In this document: positions 9,309-17,891 of the stretch, piece after piece
Layout: every line of letters starts with the position of its first letter
Position numbering within the stretch: the stretch's first letter is position 1
Origin: Candidatus Kaiserbacteria bacterium
GTDB lineage: Bacteria > Patescibacteriota > Minisyncoccia > Phycocordibacterales > UBA918
Direction: 5' to 3'
DNA length: 64,000 nt
Assembly (NCBI GenBank): GCA_016699245.1
Contig: CP064968.1
Coordinates: 379,331-443,330, forward strand
Position numbers and translations under genes: made by a program
Notes under the pieces: model-generated
What the model was told of the DNA's origin: nothing
Seen by the model: only the letters and a program-made list of their open reading frames with translations
Databases searched by the model: none

Positions 9309-10094
9309 TTATACTGTAAACGGAGCGGCTTCAACCATCATAAAGAGGGGAAATTCCTTCCTCGAAGCATTTTCTGCTTTCGCGCGTGGCCCTGGCTCAC
9401 TTACCCTATGTGATATCCATTCTTCAAGACGCACAATAGCAAACCCTGCCCCACGGAGCACCTTCATGTATTCCTGCAGTGAGCGATGGAATGAGTACGT
9501 GAGCGAGCGCTTTCCGCCTTTCCCGGGATGCATATCAATAGTTACTTTCTTGCCCGAGAGATATGCATCAATCCTACGGTACTGCGTGTGCGTAGCCTCA
9601 TCATAGCCCCACGCACTTGCCTGCGGCACACGGATAATGGGATGGTTGAGCACAAAGACGAATCGCCCACCTTTTTTAAGCGTACGCGCCACTTCTTTCA
9701 TGACGACATCAAGTTTGTCCATGTTTTGCAGAGTAAGGACTGCAAGTACCACATCCTGCGATGCAGGTTTTACCCAGGAGAGATCCTGTGCCGGCGACAC
9801 GTGGTACGCTATGTCGCCCCCCTGTTCTTTTCCAATCGTAATAAGCTCCGAAGAAATATCACACGCAGTCACCTCTGCACCCTCCTGCGCAAGTGCGCGC
9901 GCAAAAAACCCCTCCCCGCATCCAATCTCGAGCACCGTAAGTCCCTTCTTTGGAAGAATGACACGAATCAAATTCGGCAAAATCACCTTTGCATGATACG
10001 TGTCCTGCCCCTCAAGGTGGTCGCTATACCACGAAGCCTCCTTTCCCCATGAGGTAGAGGATTTCCCTTCTTTTTTTTGTGGTCGTATAGACAT
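9309..10094 (-). CDS. class I SAM-dependent methyltransferase
   Basis: Motif I VLEIGCGEGFFARALA and acidic residue after beta-2 (ACDIS). Confidence 0.75.
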   Translation of the reverse strand: MSIRPQKKEGKSSTSWGKEASWYSDHLEGQDTYHAKVILPNLIRVILPKKGLTVLEIGCGEGFFARALAQEGAEVTACDISSELITIGKEQGGDIAYHVSPAQDLSWVKPASQDVVLAVLTLQNMDKLDVVMKEVARTLKKGGRFVFVLNHPIIRVPQASAWGYDEATHTQYRRIDAYLSGKKVTIDMHPGKGGKRSLTYSFHRSLQEYMKVLRGAGFAIVRLEEWISHRVSEPGPRAKAENASRKEFPLFMMVEAAPFTV

Positions 10095-10221
10095 ATCTTT
10101 GAGACTACCATTATACAGGAGTCATTTTCAAGCATTCACCTTGTATCACTTTCCCCATTGCCCTTTCTTTGAATTTTGGCACAATGAGATATGTGCTGTG
10201 TAACACGCACAATTATTTCAT

Positions 10222-10431
10222 ATGCGAGAACAATTTGAACAGAAAAAGTCGCCAGAACAACAAGTGGCTGAGACTATTTCTCTTGTAGAAGGAGAACTTG
10301 CAGACGGACCTCTGTATTCTAAAGAGCACCGAGATGATTTACTCGCCATGCTCGTCACTGCACTCACTATTACAAGTGATGCGAGAGCAAGAGCAAAAAT
10401 AAACGAACTCATGGATGAAGTGATGAATTAA
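10222..10431 (+). CDS. small hypothetical protein
   Basis: 69 aa ORF, helical-looking, no known motif. Confidence 0.3.
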   Translation: MREQFEQKKSPEQQVAETISLVEGELADGPLYSKEHRDDLLAMLVTALTITSDARARAKINELMDEVMN

Positions 10432-10546
10432 CCCCTTCCTAAGATTCACATCTGGACAATCCGCCATCCCCTATGTCATTATAGGTGCCGGCGCGCTCCG
10501 CGCGCGTCAGGATCATACAGCACAAATCAGAACGAAGTAATAATTT

Positions 10547-10617
10547 TGGGGTATCGTCTAATGGTAGGACATCAGGTTTTGGTCCTGAGTATCGAGGTTC
10601 GAGTCCTTGTACCCCAG
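10547..10617 (+). tRNA. tRNA-Gln (anticodon TTG)
   Basis: tggggtatcg...anticodon loop ttTTGgt...T-arm cgaggttcgagtccttg...acceptor tacccca + discriminator g. 5' end identical in pattern to E. coli tRNA-Gln (UGGGGUAUCG). Confidence 0.85.
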
Positions 10618-11143
10618 CTTGTTAACAAAAAGTCCCGCAAGGGATTTTTTGTGTTACAAGCTGGAGGTAAGCACAGTGTGGGACACTGTGCGTCAAGGAC
10701 TCGAAAACCTTCTCGTGATATTATTCGAGTGAAGCGAAGAATAATATCCGAAAGGTGTACTGAATTCGTAGAATTCGAGTCCTTGTACCCCAGCTTGTTA
10801 ACAAAAAGTCCCGCAAGGGATTTTTTGTGTTACAAGCTGGAGGTAAGCACAGTGTGGGACACTGTGCGTCAAGGACTCGAAAACCTTCTCGTGATATTAT
10901 TCGAGTGAAGCGAAGAATAATATCCGAAAGGTGTACTGAATTCGTAGAATTCGAGTCCTTGTACCCCAGCTTGTTAACAAAAAGTCCCGCAAGGGATTTT
11001 TTGTGTTACAAGCTGGAGGTAAGCACAGTGTGGGACACTGTGCGTCAAGGACGAGAAGACCTTGCCTGCTATTTTGTGACGTAAGGAAACAAAATAGCGA
11101 CAAGGTGTACTGAAGTCGTAAACTTCGAGTCCTTATACCCAAC
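10598..11143 (+). repeat. tandem array of 176 bp units (three copies, third diverged), each beginning with the last 20 nt of tRNA-Gln (ttcgagtccttgtaccccag)
   Basis: Copies of the tRNA 3' end at 10598, 10774, 10950 and degenerate at 11124. Units 1 and 2 are near-identical. Unit 3 replaces the inner hairpin with a different but equally perfect hairpin. Each unit has a terminator-like hairpin aaaaagtcccgcaagggatttttt and a segment caaggactcgaa complementary to the tRNA T-arm. Confidence 0.85.
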
Positions 11144-11176
11144 TCGCCACATTTAGTAATTAGGTGTAATATTAAT

Positions 11177-11503
11177 TTGTATATGGCATCACTCAACACA
11201 CACCGAAGCGGTAGTGTTCGAAGTATCATTTTTCGAGAGAAAGATGAGTGGTTTGGTGTTGCTCTCGAATTTAACATTGTTGAGGTAGGAGATTCACCAG
11301 AGGAGGTGATGATGCTTCTTGATGAGGCAATAAAAGGGTACGTTGAGTCAGCCCAAAAGGCGAAACTTTCTGTTCGGACTTTAAATCAAAAATCTGATCC
11401 TGTATATGAAAAACTGTGGGAGTCTCAGTCAAAACCACACAGAAAAACAGGAAAGCAAATTTATCGAGTCTCCTCTCAACCAATTTCCGCACTTGTTTCA
11501 TAA
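11177..11503 (+). CDS. hicB: HicB-family antitoxin (type II TA)
   Basis: SIIFREKDEWFGVALEFNIVEVGDSPEEVMMLLDEAIKGYVES matches the HicB N-terminal (UPF0150-like) fold. Immediately precedes the hicA-like gene. Confidence 0.6.
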   Translation: MYMASLNTHRSGSVRSIIFREKDEWFGVALEFNIVEVGDSPEEVMMLLDEAIKGYVESAQKAKLSVRTLNQKSDPVYEKLWESQSKPHRKTGKQIYRVSSQPISALVS

Positions 11504-11505
11504 AT

Positions 11506-11739
11506 ATGCCTCGCGGTTTCAACAACTGGAGTGCGGCACAAGTCATGAAGTTTTTGAAACGTCATTCTTTTACGCATTCCCACACACGGGGCAGCCATTT
11601 TTATTATGTAGCCAAAGTGAATGGTATTGATAGACAAGTATGTGTACCCGTACACGCTGGTGATAGTATCCACCCAAAAACCATGAAATCGATTATCCTC
11701 CAATCAGGCATTTCTGAAAACGAGTGGAAGAATAACTAA
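11506..11739 (+). CDS. hicA: HicA-family mRNA interferase toxin
   Basis: MPRGFNNWSAAQVMKFLKRHSFTHSHTRGSHFYYV...VPVHAGDSIHPKTMKSIILQSGI fits the HicA/YcfA consensus. ATG at 11506 lies 2 nt after the hicB stop. Confidence 0.65.
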   Translation: MPRGFNNWSAAQVMKFLKRHSFTHSHTRGSHFYYVAKVNGIDRQVCVPVHAGDSIHPKTMKSIILQSGISENEWKNN

Positions 11740-11742
11740 GTA

Positions 11743-11780
11743 GAATCCCTAGAGACGTTGGACTTGAAGAATCCCTAGGA
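11743..11780. repeat. two copies of a short motif gaatccctag(a/g)gacgttg / gaatccctagga (CCTAGGGACGTT family)
   Basis: Same motif recurs at 14923-14940 and four times in tandem at 15050-15101. Confidence 0.6.
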
Positions 11781-11862
11781 TCTCCCTCATTCCCTCCATA
11801 GGCAAGGCCTATGTATACCCTATTCAGTAGTACAAAGTCTGAGGAGTGTATAATACAAATAT

Positions 11863-12579
11863 ATGGAATCACATTCAGAGTCAACACCACCACAAGAACA
11901 AGGGCTTGGAGAATCACAATTGGAAAATGGTGTGGGGGAAGAGAATCTATCTGAGCAGCACGAGGAGACAATTTCTAAAGAAGAAATGGGGGAAATAATA
12001 GTCGAAATCAAAAAGACATACGAGGGAGTGGTGAATGAAATACTTGATGACGGAGACCCTCTTAAAGAGAAAATATTAGAATATTTTGTAAACAGGGCTG
12101 ATGTTGACGATGAATACACATATATTCTCTCAAATCTTTCTGATACAGAGAAAAAGCAATATCCAGACAGTCTCCGTAATTCTCTTAGTGACTCAGGAGC
12201 TTTTATAAATAAAATGGAGCGCTATTTTAGTACTCAAGCAATACATGAGAGTGAAAAGCAACTAAAAGAACAGCCGAGGACCGCGACTCCCGAAGAGTAT
12301 GAAATCGGTGCATATGCTGACTTCCTTGAACCACAGGTAAAAGACGCTGTCTTTGCTTTACAGAGTAAAGGGTACAAAACGTTTCAGTCGGGCTATAGTG
12401 AAAAGGACCCAAAAAATCAGTTTATTGATTTTTATAATGCAGACGTGCTGATTCCTGGTGATGTAGTAGAAGTGTTACGTTCAAAGGGACTTGAGGTGCT
12501 TGTAGAAAATTTTGATGACCGCACGACAGTTACACTTCATCCGACAGACACGAAGAGTATTATTCGTCAGGATGAATGA
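11863..12579 (+). CDS. hypothetical protein with acidic N-terminus
   Basis: 238 aa ORF. Upstream palindrome cataggc-aag-gcctatg at 11797-11813; no known domain. Confidence 0.45.
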   Translation: MESHSESTPPQEQGLGESQLENGVGEENLSEQHEETISKEEMGEIIVEIKKTYEGVVNEILDDGDPLKEKILEYFVNRADVDDEYTYILSNLSDTEKKQYPDSLRNSLSDSGAFINKMERYFSTQAIHESEKQLKEQPRTATPEEYEIGAYADFLEPQVKDAVFALQSKGYKTFQSGYSEKDPKNQFIDFYNADVLIPGDVVEVLRSKGLEVLVENFDDRTTVTLHPTDTKSIIRQDE

Positions 12580-12724
12580 AAAAGAATCTTAGATGATTTT
12601 TCCGACCAACTTCCAGAAGCAAGCACCGCGCTTGTACAAAATATTGACGAACCAGCCCTGCATCGCAACTTTAGAAAAGTCCAAGATCTTATGAAAAATA
12701 TAAAACAAGGGCCGATGTAATAAT

Positions 12725-12755
12725 AAAAAAGCCGTCCAGTTGTAAGCTGGACGGC
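12725..12755 (-). terminator. rho-independent terminator for the minus-strand small gene
   Basis: On minus strand gccgtccagcttacaactggacggc followed by tttttt. Confidence 0.7.
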
Positions 12756-12851
12756 AGTATTTCACTTCGAGTATTCTTCTTTGAGATTCTAGACATGAAG
12801 AATGGCTTAGCCTGAATCTTCTTCTGCATCGTCGAATGGCACGATGTTTTA

Positions 12852-13049
12852 TTAACCAGTTGTTGAGGTGGCGGATTCTGCCTGCCGTGACATCTCATCA
12901 ATTATTTGCTTGCAACCTGAGCAATTGATGTTCTCGCGGTCAGAGACCCGAGTCCACACGTGCCCAGCAGGCCAAAAAGCAGGAGCATCAGTGGAAAATC
13001 CACACAACGGCTGTCCGTGTGAAAGAGCGTGAACGATTTTGGAACTCAT
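12852..13049 (-). CDS. small Cys/His-containing hypothetical protein (65 aa)
   Basis: ORF ends upstream of a clean minus-strand terminator; contains HGQPLCGF...CSGCKQ. Confidence 0.4.
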   Translation of the reverse strand: MSSKIVHALSHGQPLCGFSTDAPAFWPAGHVWTRVSDRENINCSGCKQIIDEMSRQAESATSTTG

Positions 13050-13226
13050 AAACTTCTCCTAGTTGTGATTTAAGGGGTCAATCACCATAATATAGATTTA
13101 GCATCTTGTCAATTAATGCTGTTCAAGAATTTAATATTCTGTCCTTGCTTCCCTGCTGTAATTCACTACTGGGTGACTCTTATGGAAAGAAGTAATCAAA
13201 TTATGGTTCGACGCACAGTTTTTGAT

Positions 13227-13859
13227 TCAAATTAACTCAATGACTTCTTTAAGATGGTGAATTTGCTTCCATGCAAGAGGCTTGAGTTTTTCATAATTTC
13301 CAATCAGTATCCCCTTCTCTGTTTTCTCAAAAATTTCTATGTCGTTCCTGCTATCACCCACATGGATGGTCTCTTCTGCGTTCACTCCGTATTCACTACA
13401 CACTCGTTCAAAAATTATACGTTTTGCAAGACCGTCTTTCTTTTCATTTTTAATTGTTTCAAAATTCCCCTCCGCGTCAAAAATAATTTCAGATGTGGTA
13501 TACACGAAGTCGGCTCCGACTTGTTCATTAAAGCTTTCAGCAATCTGTTTCATCGTCCCTGAGAGAATAATCGTAGTATGTCCCCTTTCTCTGCACGTAT
13601 TGATTACTTCCTTTGTTTCTGGACGAGGAATAATTGTTTTAATAAATTCCTGCACCCTTTTAGACGTACATTGGTTCTTCTCTTTGAGTATCTTTACAAT
13701 AATACTGTCCCATTCACTATAGGTAATGATTTCGCGGTTATACCAATCCATTAAAGTCTTATCTTCAGAAGGTGACATACCGAAGTACAAATTGAATTCA
13801 TACCAACTATTACCCTCAATAAGCGTGCCATCAAGGTCAAAGAAAATAAGTTTTTTCAT
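13227..13859 (-). CDS. HAD-superfamily hydrolase (phosphoserine-phosphatase-like subfamily IB)
   Basis: Motif I FFDLDGTL from ATG at 13859; motif III/IV ...K...HVGDSRND. Confidence 0.75.
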   Translation of the reverse strand: MKKLIFFDLDGTLIEGNSWYEFNLYFGMSPSEDKTLMDWYNREIITYSEWDSIIVKILKEKNQCTSKRVQEFIKTIIPRPETKEVINTCRERGHTTIILSGTMKQIAESFNEQVGADFVYTTSEIIFDAEGNFETIKNEKKDGLAKRIIFERVCSEYGVNAEETIHVGDSRNDIEIFEKTEKGILIGNYEKLKPLAWKQIHHLKEVIELI

Positions 13860-13887
13860 GTGTGAGTATCCTAGCATGATTTTCTGT

Positions 13888-13910
13888 CTCCATAGGTCTG
13901 ACCTATGGAG
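13888..13910. promoter_or_regulatory. perfect 11 bp inverted repeat ctccataggtc-t-gacctatggag in the promoter region of the HAD gene (candidate operator)
   Basis: Located about 30 bp upstream of the HAD start; related palindrome cataggc-N3-gcctatg at 11797-11813. Confidence 0.4.
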
Positions 13911-14016
13911 AAAAAACTTGATTTTGGTGACTTTCTGTAGCATAGTAGCAACGGCACTGCAATGATGCAACGCCCTTGATCTTTCCACAACTTGGTACTC
14001 CTGAAAGGAACACCTC

Positions 14017-14847
14017 ATGAAGCGCTATTATGACGATTTTACCTTCTCCCCAGCACAAGCGGCACATGCCAGCAGTGTTGTACTCAACCTCATCGTAAAC
14101 CGCCGGTTCTTTCTCCATCCACAGGAAAATGGCCACGGCCTTGACCCAGTCATATTTCGTAAGGAAATCGCGCTCGACGCGGCGCATCGCTTGTCCCACA
14201 TCAATGCACGCAATACAGCAGTGGGAATAATCAAATCTGCTGAAGAACTATTGGGCATCATACCACCAGATCTCAGTGATAATCGACAACTGGTGGTATA
14301 CAATCGGTATGGGGGTGGTTTCGATATCTGTCGGGTCTACCCTCTCTCTGTTTTTAGTGCGGTCGCACCACGAACTATTGAGGACCTCGTAGAGGACGTA
14401 TTTGTATCATTGCTTCAGAATCAAAATATTGATGATATCCCTCCACGAACCCAGCGTAAAAAAAGAGAAATCGCCGCAGTGGTGGCAACAAGAATATGGT
14501 CGGAATTTATGATGCTCGACCTCTTTAATCCTTTAAACGAACGCAGTGTAGTAATGATGGGAGCGAAAGTACCATGTTCGTACAGTGCTCATCTATCCAA
14601 TGATTTTACTGGCGACATTGTTCCAGAAATGCAGGATACTTCGTTCGCCCTGGGGTATTTGTTCTGGAAGTTCTCACAAAAGACTCGCGTCGTCGATCAC
14701 GGCTATGTAGTCTTTAGTACTTCCATAGAGTCCCATGTTAGGGTCCGTCACTGGAAAGAGACGTCCGAGTATGGTGGTAAGCCTTTCATCACATACAGGG
14801 CTACCAACGGTTACAGTGCCCCAGTTCTATTTGTAACTGCACTATAG
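14017..14847 (+). CDS. hypothetical protein
   Basis: 276 aa ORF ending at a terminator; no known motifs; start uncertain. Confidence 0.45.
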   Translation: MKRYYDDFTFSPAQAAHASSVVLNLIVNRRFFLHPQENGHGLDPVIFRKEIALDAAHRLSHINARNTAVGIIKSAEELLGIIPPDLSDNRQLVVYNRYGGGFDICRVYPLSVFSAVAPRTIEDLVEDVFVSLLQNQNIDDIPPRTQRKKREIAAVVATRIWSEFMMLDLFNPLNERSVVMMGAKVPCSYSAHLSNDFTGDIVPEMQDTSFALGYLFWKFSQKTRVVDHGYVVFSTSIESHVRVRHWKETSEYGGKPFITYRATNGYSAPVLFVTAL

Positions 14848-14873
14848 CCACACCCCGCACTACTTTGAAGCGC

Positions 14874-14908
14874 CCCGCTTCCGAACTTGGCTGCGGGGTG
14901 TTTTTTAT
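14874..14908 (+). terminator. rho-independent terminator carrying a repeated about 32 nt core (gcttccgaacttggc.gcggggtgttttttatt)
   Basis: ccccgc...gcgggg stem plus tttttt; same core at 17054-17086. Confidence 0.7.
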
Positions 14909-14922
14909 TCTGGAATTCTGTT

Positions 14923-14940
14923 GAATCCCTAGGGACGTTG
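14923..14940. repeat. CCTAGGGACGTT-family motif copy (gaatccctagggacgttg)
   Basis: Identical to the core of the 11743 and 15050 copies. Confidence 0.6.
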
Positions 14941-15049
14941 CAAAGTACGTATAACCTGAACTCTCATTTATTCTCGATAAAAGGTATAATTTTTTTTATG
15001 CTTGAAAAAATACCAGAACCAAAACCAGAGATGTCTCTAGAGGAACTAT

Positions 15050-15101
15050 AAATCCCTAGGGTTCCCCTAGGGACGTTCCTAGGGACGTTCTAGGGACGTC
15101 C
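15050..15101. repeat. four tandem copies of the CCTAGGGACGTT-family motif immediately downstream of glmS
   Basis: aaatccctagggttcccctagggacgttcctagggacgttctagggacgtcc. Confidence 0.7.
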
Positions 15102-15105
15102 ATAT

Positions 15106-16920
15106 TTACTCCACCGTTACTGACTTCGCGAGGTTACGTGGACGGTCTACGTTCAGTCCGCGTGCAACACCAACATAGTACGCAAAAAGTTGAAGTGGTA
15201 TTACCGAGAGAATCGGTTGCACAATCGGATGCACTTTGGGGATGAATATCACGTCATCAACAAGTTCCCCAATACGCGTATCGCCTTCTGTCGCGATTGC
15301 AATCACTGGCGCATTTCGTGCTTTCACTTCTTCAATATTTGAAACCATCTTTTCATAGACTGCATCTTGGGGGACAATCGCCATTACCGGAAAGTCACTA
15401 TCGAGCATTGCGATAGGGCCATGCTTCAATTCTCCACCCGCATATGCTTCTGCATGAAGATAGGTAACCTCTTTAAGTTTCAGTGAACCCTCATACGCTA
15501 CAGGGGCATGCATATGACGACCGATGTACATCATATCGCGATATGATGCGTACCGCTCAGCAACCTTTTGTATTACAGGTGCAGTATCCAAAATCTTTTG
15601 TGCATATGTAGAAACTGACGCAAGTGCCTGTGCTATCTCGATTCCCTTTTCTTGTGTGAGACCGCGCTCACGTCCAATAAGTAGTGTGAGAAGAACGAAA
15701 CTTACTACCTGTGAAATGAATGCCTTAGTGGAAGCAATACTCACTTCCGGACCTGCATGATTGTACATTCCAGCATCCGTTTCTCGTGCAATAGTAGAAC
15801 CAACCACATTCACCATACCAATAGTAATGAGACCGAGTTCTTTTCCTTTTCGTACCGATGCAAGAGTGTCTGCTGTTTCGCCTGATTGTGTGACGGCGAG
15901 CAATGCGGCGTTCTTTTGTGGAAGTATTGAACGATATCGAAATTCACTTCCCAACTCTACATCCACAGGAATACCCACATATTCCTCAAACATATATTTT
16001 CCCACCTGTCCTGCATAGAAAGCAGAACCACACCCTACCACCATAAGTCTTTCAATCTGAGTAAGTTTCGGGAGCACATACTCGAGACCGCCGAGTTTTA
16101 CTTTCCCCTTATCAGTAATGAGTCGGCCACGAATCGTATTCTCGATCGTTTCTGGAATATCCATAATTTCCTTAAGTAAAAAGTGTTCATATCCTTTCTT
16201 CTGTAATGACTCAACATCCCACTCAATCTTAACGGGTACTTTTGTCATTGTTTGTCCATGGAGTGTTGTGACTTCATATGCGTCCTTTGTAATCACCGCG
16301 AGTTCCCCATCGTCTAGGTAAATTACATCCTTAGTATGAGTTAAAAGCGCTGATGCGTCTGATGATACAAAATTCCCGTCGTCACCAATGCCGAGTACGA
16401 TAGGACTTCCCATCCGAGCAACCACAATAGTATTTGGGTCGTGTTCGCTCAGTACTGCAATACCATAGGTACCACGCACCAAACTGAGTGCAAGGCGTAC
16501 CGCTACACGAATGTCGTTCTGATCAAAGGTACCAATCAGTTTTGCAAGCACCTCAGTATCAGTGTCTGAAGAAAAAGTAACACCACGTGCAACAAGGCCC
16601 TCCTTGAGTTCACGGAAGTTCTCAATGATTCCATTGTGGACAATCCATATAGAACCACTTCTATCTGTGTGGGGATGGGCATTAGATTCGGTGGGCGCTC
16701 CGTGTGTTGCCCATCGCGTATGTGCTATACCAGATGTACCAGGGATAGTCCCCGTAATTTTCCTAGCGAGATTGTCTATAGGGCCTACTGCTTTCAGTAC
16801 ACCATATCCTGGAATAAAAATACCTGATGAATCATACCCGCGATATTCAAGCATACGAAGTCCTTCAATAAGAATAGGCTCAACGGTTCGTGTTCCAACG
16901 TATCCAAAGATGCCACACAT
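15106..16920 (-). CDS. glmS: glutamine--fructose-6-phosphate aminotransferase
   Basis: N-terminal MCGIFGYVG nucleophile Cys; two SIS domains; C-terminal ...KSVTVE. Confidence 0.95.
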   Translation of the reverse strand: MCGIFGYVGTRTVEPILIEGLRMLEYRGYDSSGIFIPGYGVLKAVGPIDNLARKITGTIPGTSGIAHTRWATHGAPTESNAHPHTDRSGSIWIVHNGIIENFRELKEGLVARGVTFSSDTDTEVLAKLIGTFDQNDIRVAVRLALSLVRGTYGIAVLSEHDPNTIVVARMGSPIVLGIGDDGNFVSSDASALLTHTKDVIYLDDGELAVITKDAYEVTTLHGQTMTKVPVKIEWDVESLQKKGYEHFLLKEIMDIPETIENTIRGRLITDKGKVKLGGLEYVLPKLTQIERLMVVGCGSAFYAGQVGKYMFEEYVGIPVDVELGSEFRYRSILPQKNAALLAVTQSGETADTLASVRKGKELGLITIGMVNVVGSTIARETDAGMYNHAGPEVSIASTKAFISQVVSFVLLTLLIGRERGLTQEKGIEIAQALASVSTYAQKILDTAPVIQKVAERYASYRDMMYIGRHMHAPVAYEGSLKLKEVTYLHAEAYAGGELKHGPIAMLDSDFPVMAIVPQDAVYEKMVSNIEEVKARNAPVIAIATEGDTRIGELVDDVIFIPKVHPIVQPILSVIPLQLFAYYVGVARGLNVDRPRNLAKSVTVE

Positions 16921-17053
16921 TGCCTATTATAATATCGAAGATAGACAAATAGTTACGAGTGTATAATCTTGGCTCGAAGGAAAAACGGAGACAACCACCA
17001 TTATTCGATCTTTAAATTAAATGGTGACTGCAATCTTTTCCATTGAAGACCTT

Positions 17054-17086
17054 GCTTCCGAACTTGGCAGCGGGGTGTTTTTTATT
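17054..17086. repeat. second copy of the about 32 nt terminator-like core gcttccgaacttggcagcggggtgttttttatt, here without the 5' half of the stem
   Basis: Near-identical to 14876-14908. Not positioned after any annotated plus-strand gene, so possibly the end of a small transcript. Confidence 0.5.
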
Positions 17087-17221
17087 TTTGTGTAATCTAC
17101 TTTTATGGTAGTTACGGGAGATGACTATTATTAATGAGTGAAATTCAGTCAATCATTCAACTTCTTGTTTTTCGTAGACATTCAAGCGTGAAAAACTCTA
17201 GGAAAATGTTATAATTGGAAT

Positions 17222-17770
17222 ATGAAAACCATTGACGAACAGAGCAAGGAGCGAGCAATTAAACTCTTTGAGAGCCAAGAACAGGCTATGTTCGAGGTGG
17301 GTACTACACGAGGTTTACAGCAGATACACGAATATCTTTTTAAAGGGCTGTATGATTTTGCGGGAAAGATTCGCACAAAAGATATAAGTAAGGGTGGATT
17401 TCGGTTTGCGTCTTGTCTGTATCTTGCCGATAGCCTTAAGGCAATTGATTCACTTAAAGAGCAGACATTCGAAGATATTGTCACTAAATATGTGGAAATG
17501 AATGTTGCTCATCCCTTCATGGAAGGCAATGGTCGGAGTCAGCGCATTTGGCTTGATTTGATTTTAAAGAAAAATTTGTGTCAATGCATTTATTGGCAAA
17601 AGATAGATAAGATGGACTATTTAAACGCCATGGAACGCAGTCCCGTAAACGCACTCGAAATCAGAGAACTTTTACGTAGCGCACTTACTTCAAAAGTGGA
17701 TGATCGTGACGTCTTCATGAAGGGTATCGAACAATCGTACTATTACGAAGAGCCCGATTTCTACAAATAA
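17222..17770 (+). CDS. Fic family protein (AMPylase-like)
   Basis: Fic motif [12 protein letters not shown] (HPFx[DE]GNGR). Confidence 0.85.
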   Translation: MKTIDEQSKERAIKLFESQEQAMFEVGTTRGLQQIHEYLFKGLYDFAGKIRTKDISKGGFRFASCLYLADSLKAIDSLKEQTFEDIVTKYVEMNVAHPFMEGNGRSQRIWLDLILKKNLCQCIYWQKIDKMDYLNAMERSPVNALEIRELLRSALTSKVDDRDVFMKGIEQSYYYEEPDFYK

Positions 17771-17891
17771 AAAAGTTTTCGTAATATTAGTAGAGGGTGC
17801 TATTCACTGTTCCCATATCTCTCTAACTTACAGAAAAACAACCGCGTGAACGGTTGTTTTTTCTATGTATTTTAAATAGATTATTTTAGGA

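Noticed and set aside
10598-11143. Possibility that the tandem repeats are a CRISPR array
   Set aside because: Period is 176 bp, with no short direct repeats alternating with unique spacers of 30-40 bp and no cas genes. The units are near-identical rather than repeat plus variable spacer.
10546-11277. Track ORFs 10546-10908(+), 10827-11084(+), 10897-11277(-) over the tRNA-Gln repeat array
   Set aside because: They are translations of a tRNA gene and perfect 176 bp tandem repeats. The identical peptide segments are simply repeat copies; no RBS or protein-like composition.
16921-17220. glmS ribozyme upstream of glmS
   Set aside because: No resemblance to the conserved glmS ribozyme core was seen in the 5' leader. 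The region instead contains a copy of the 32 nt terminator-like repeat.
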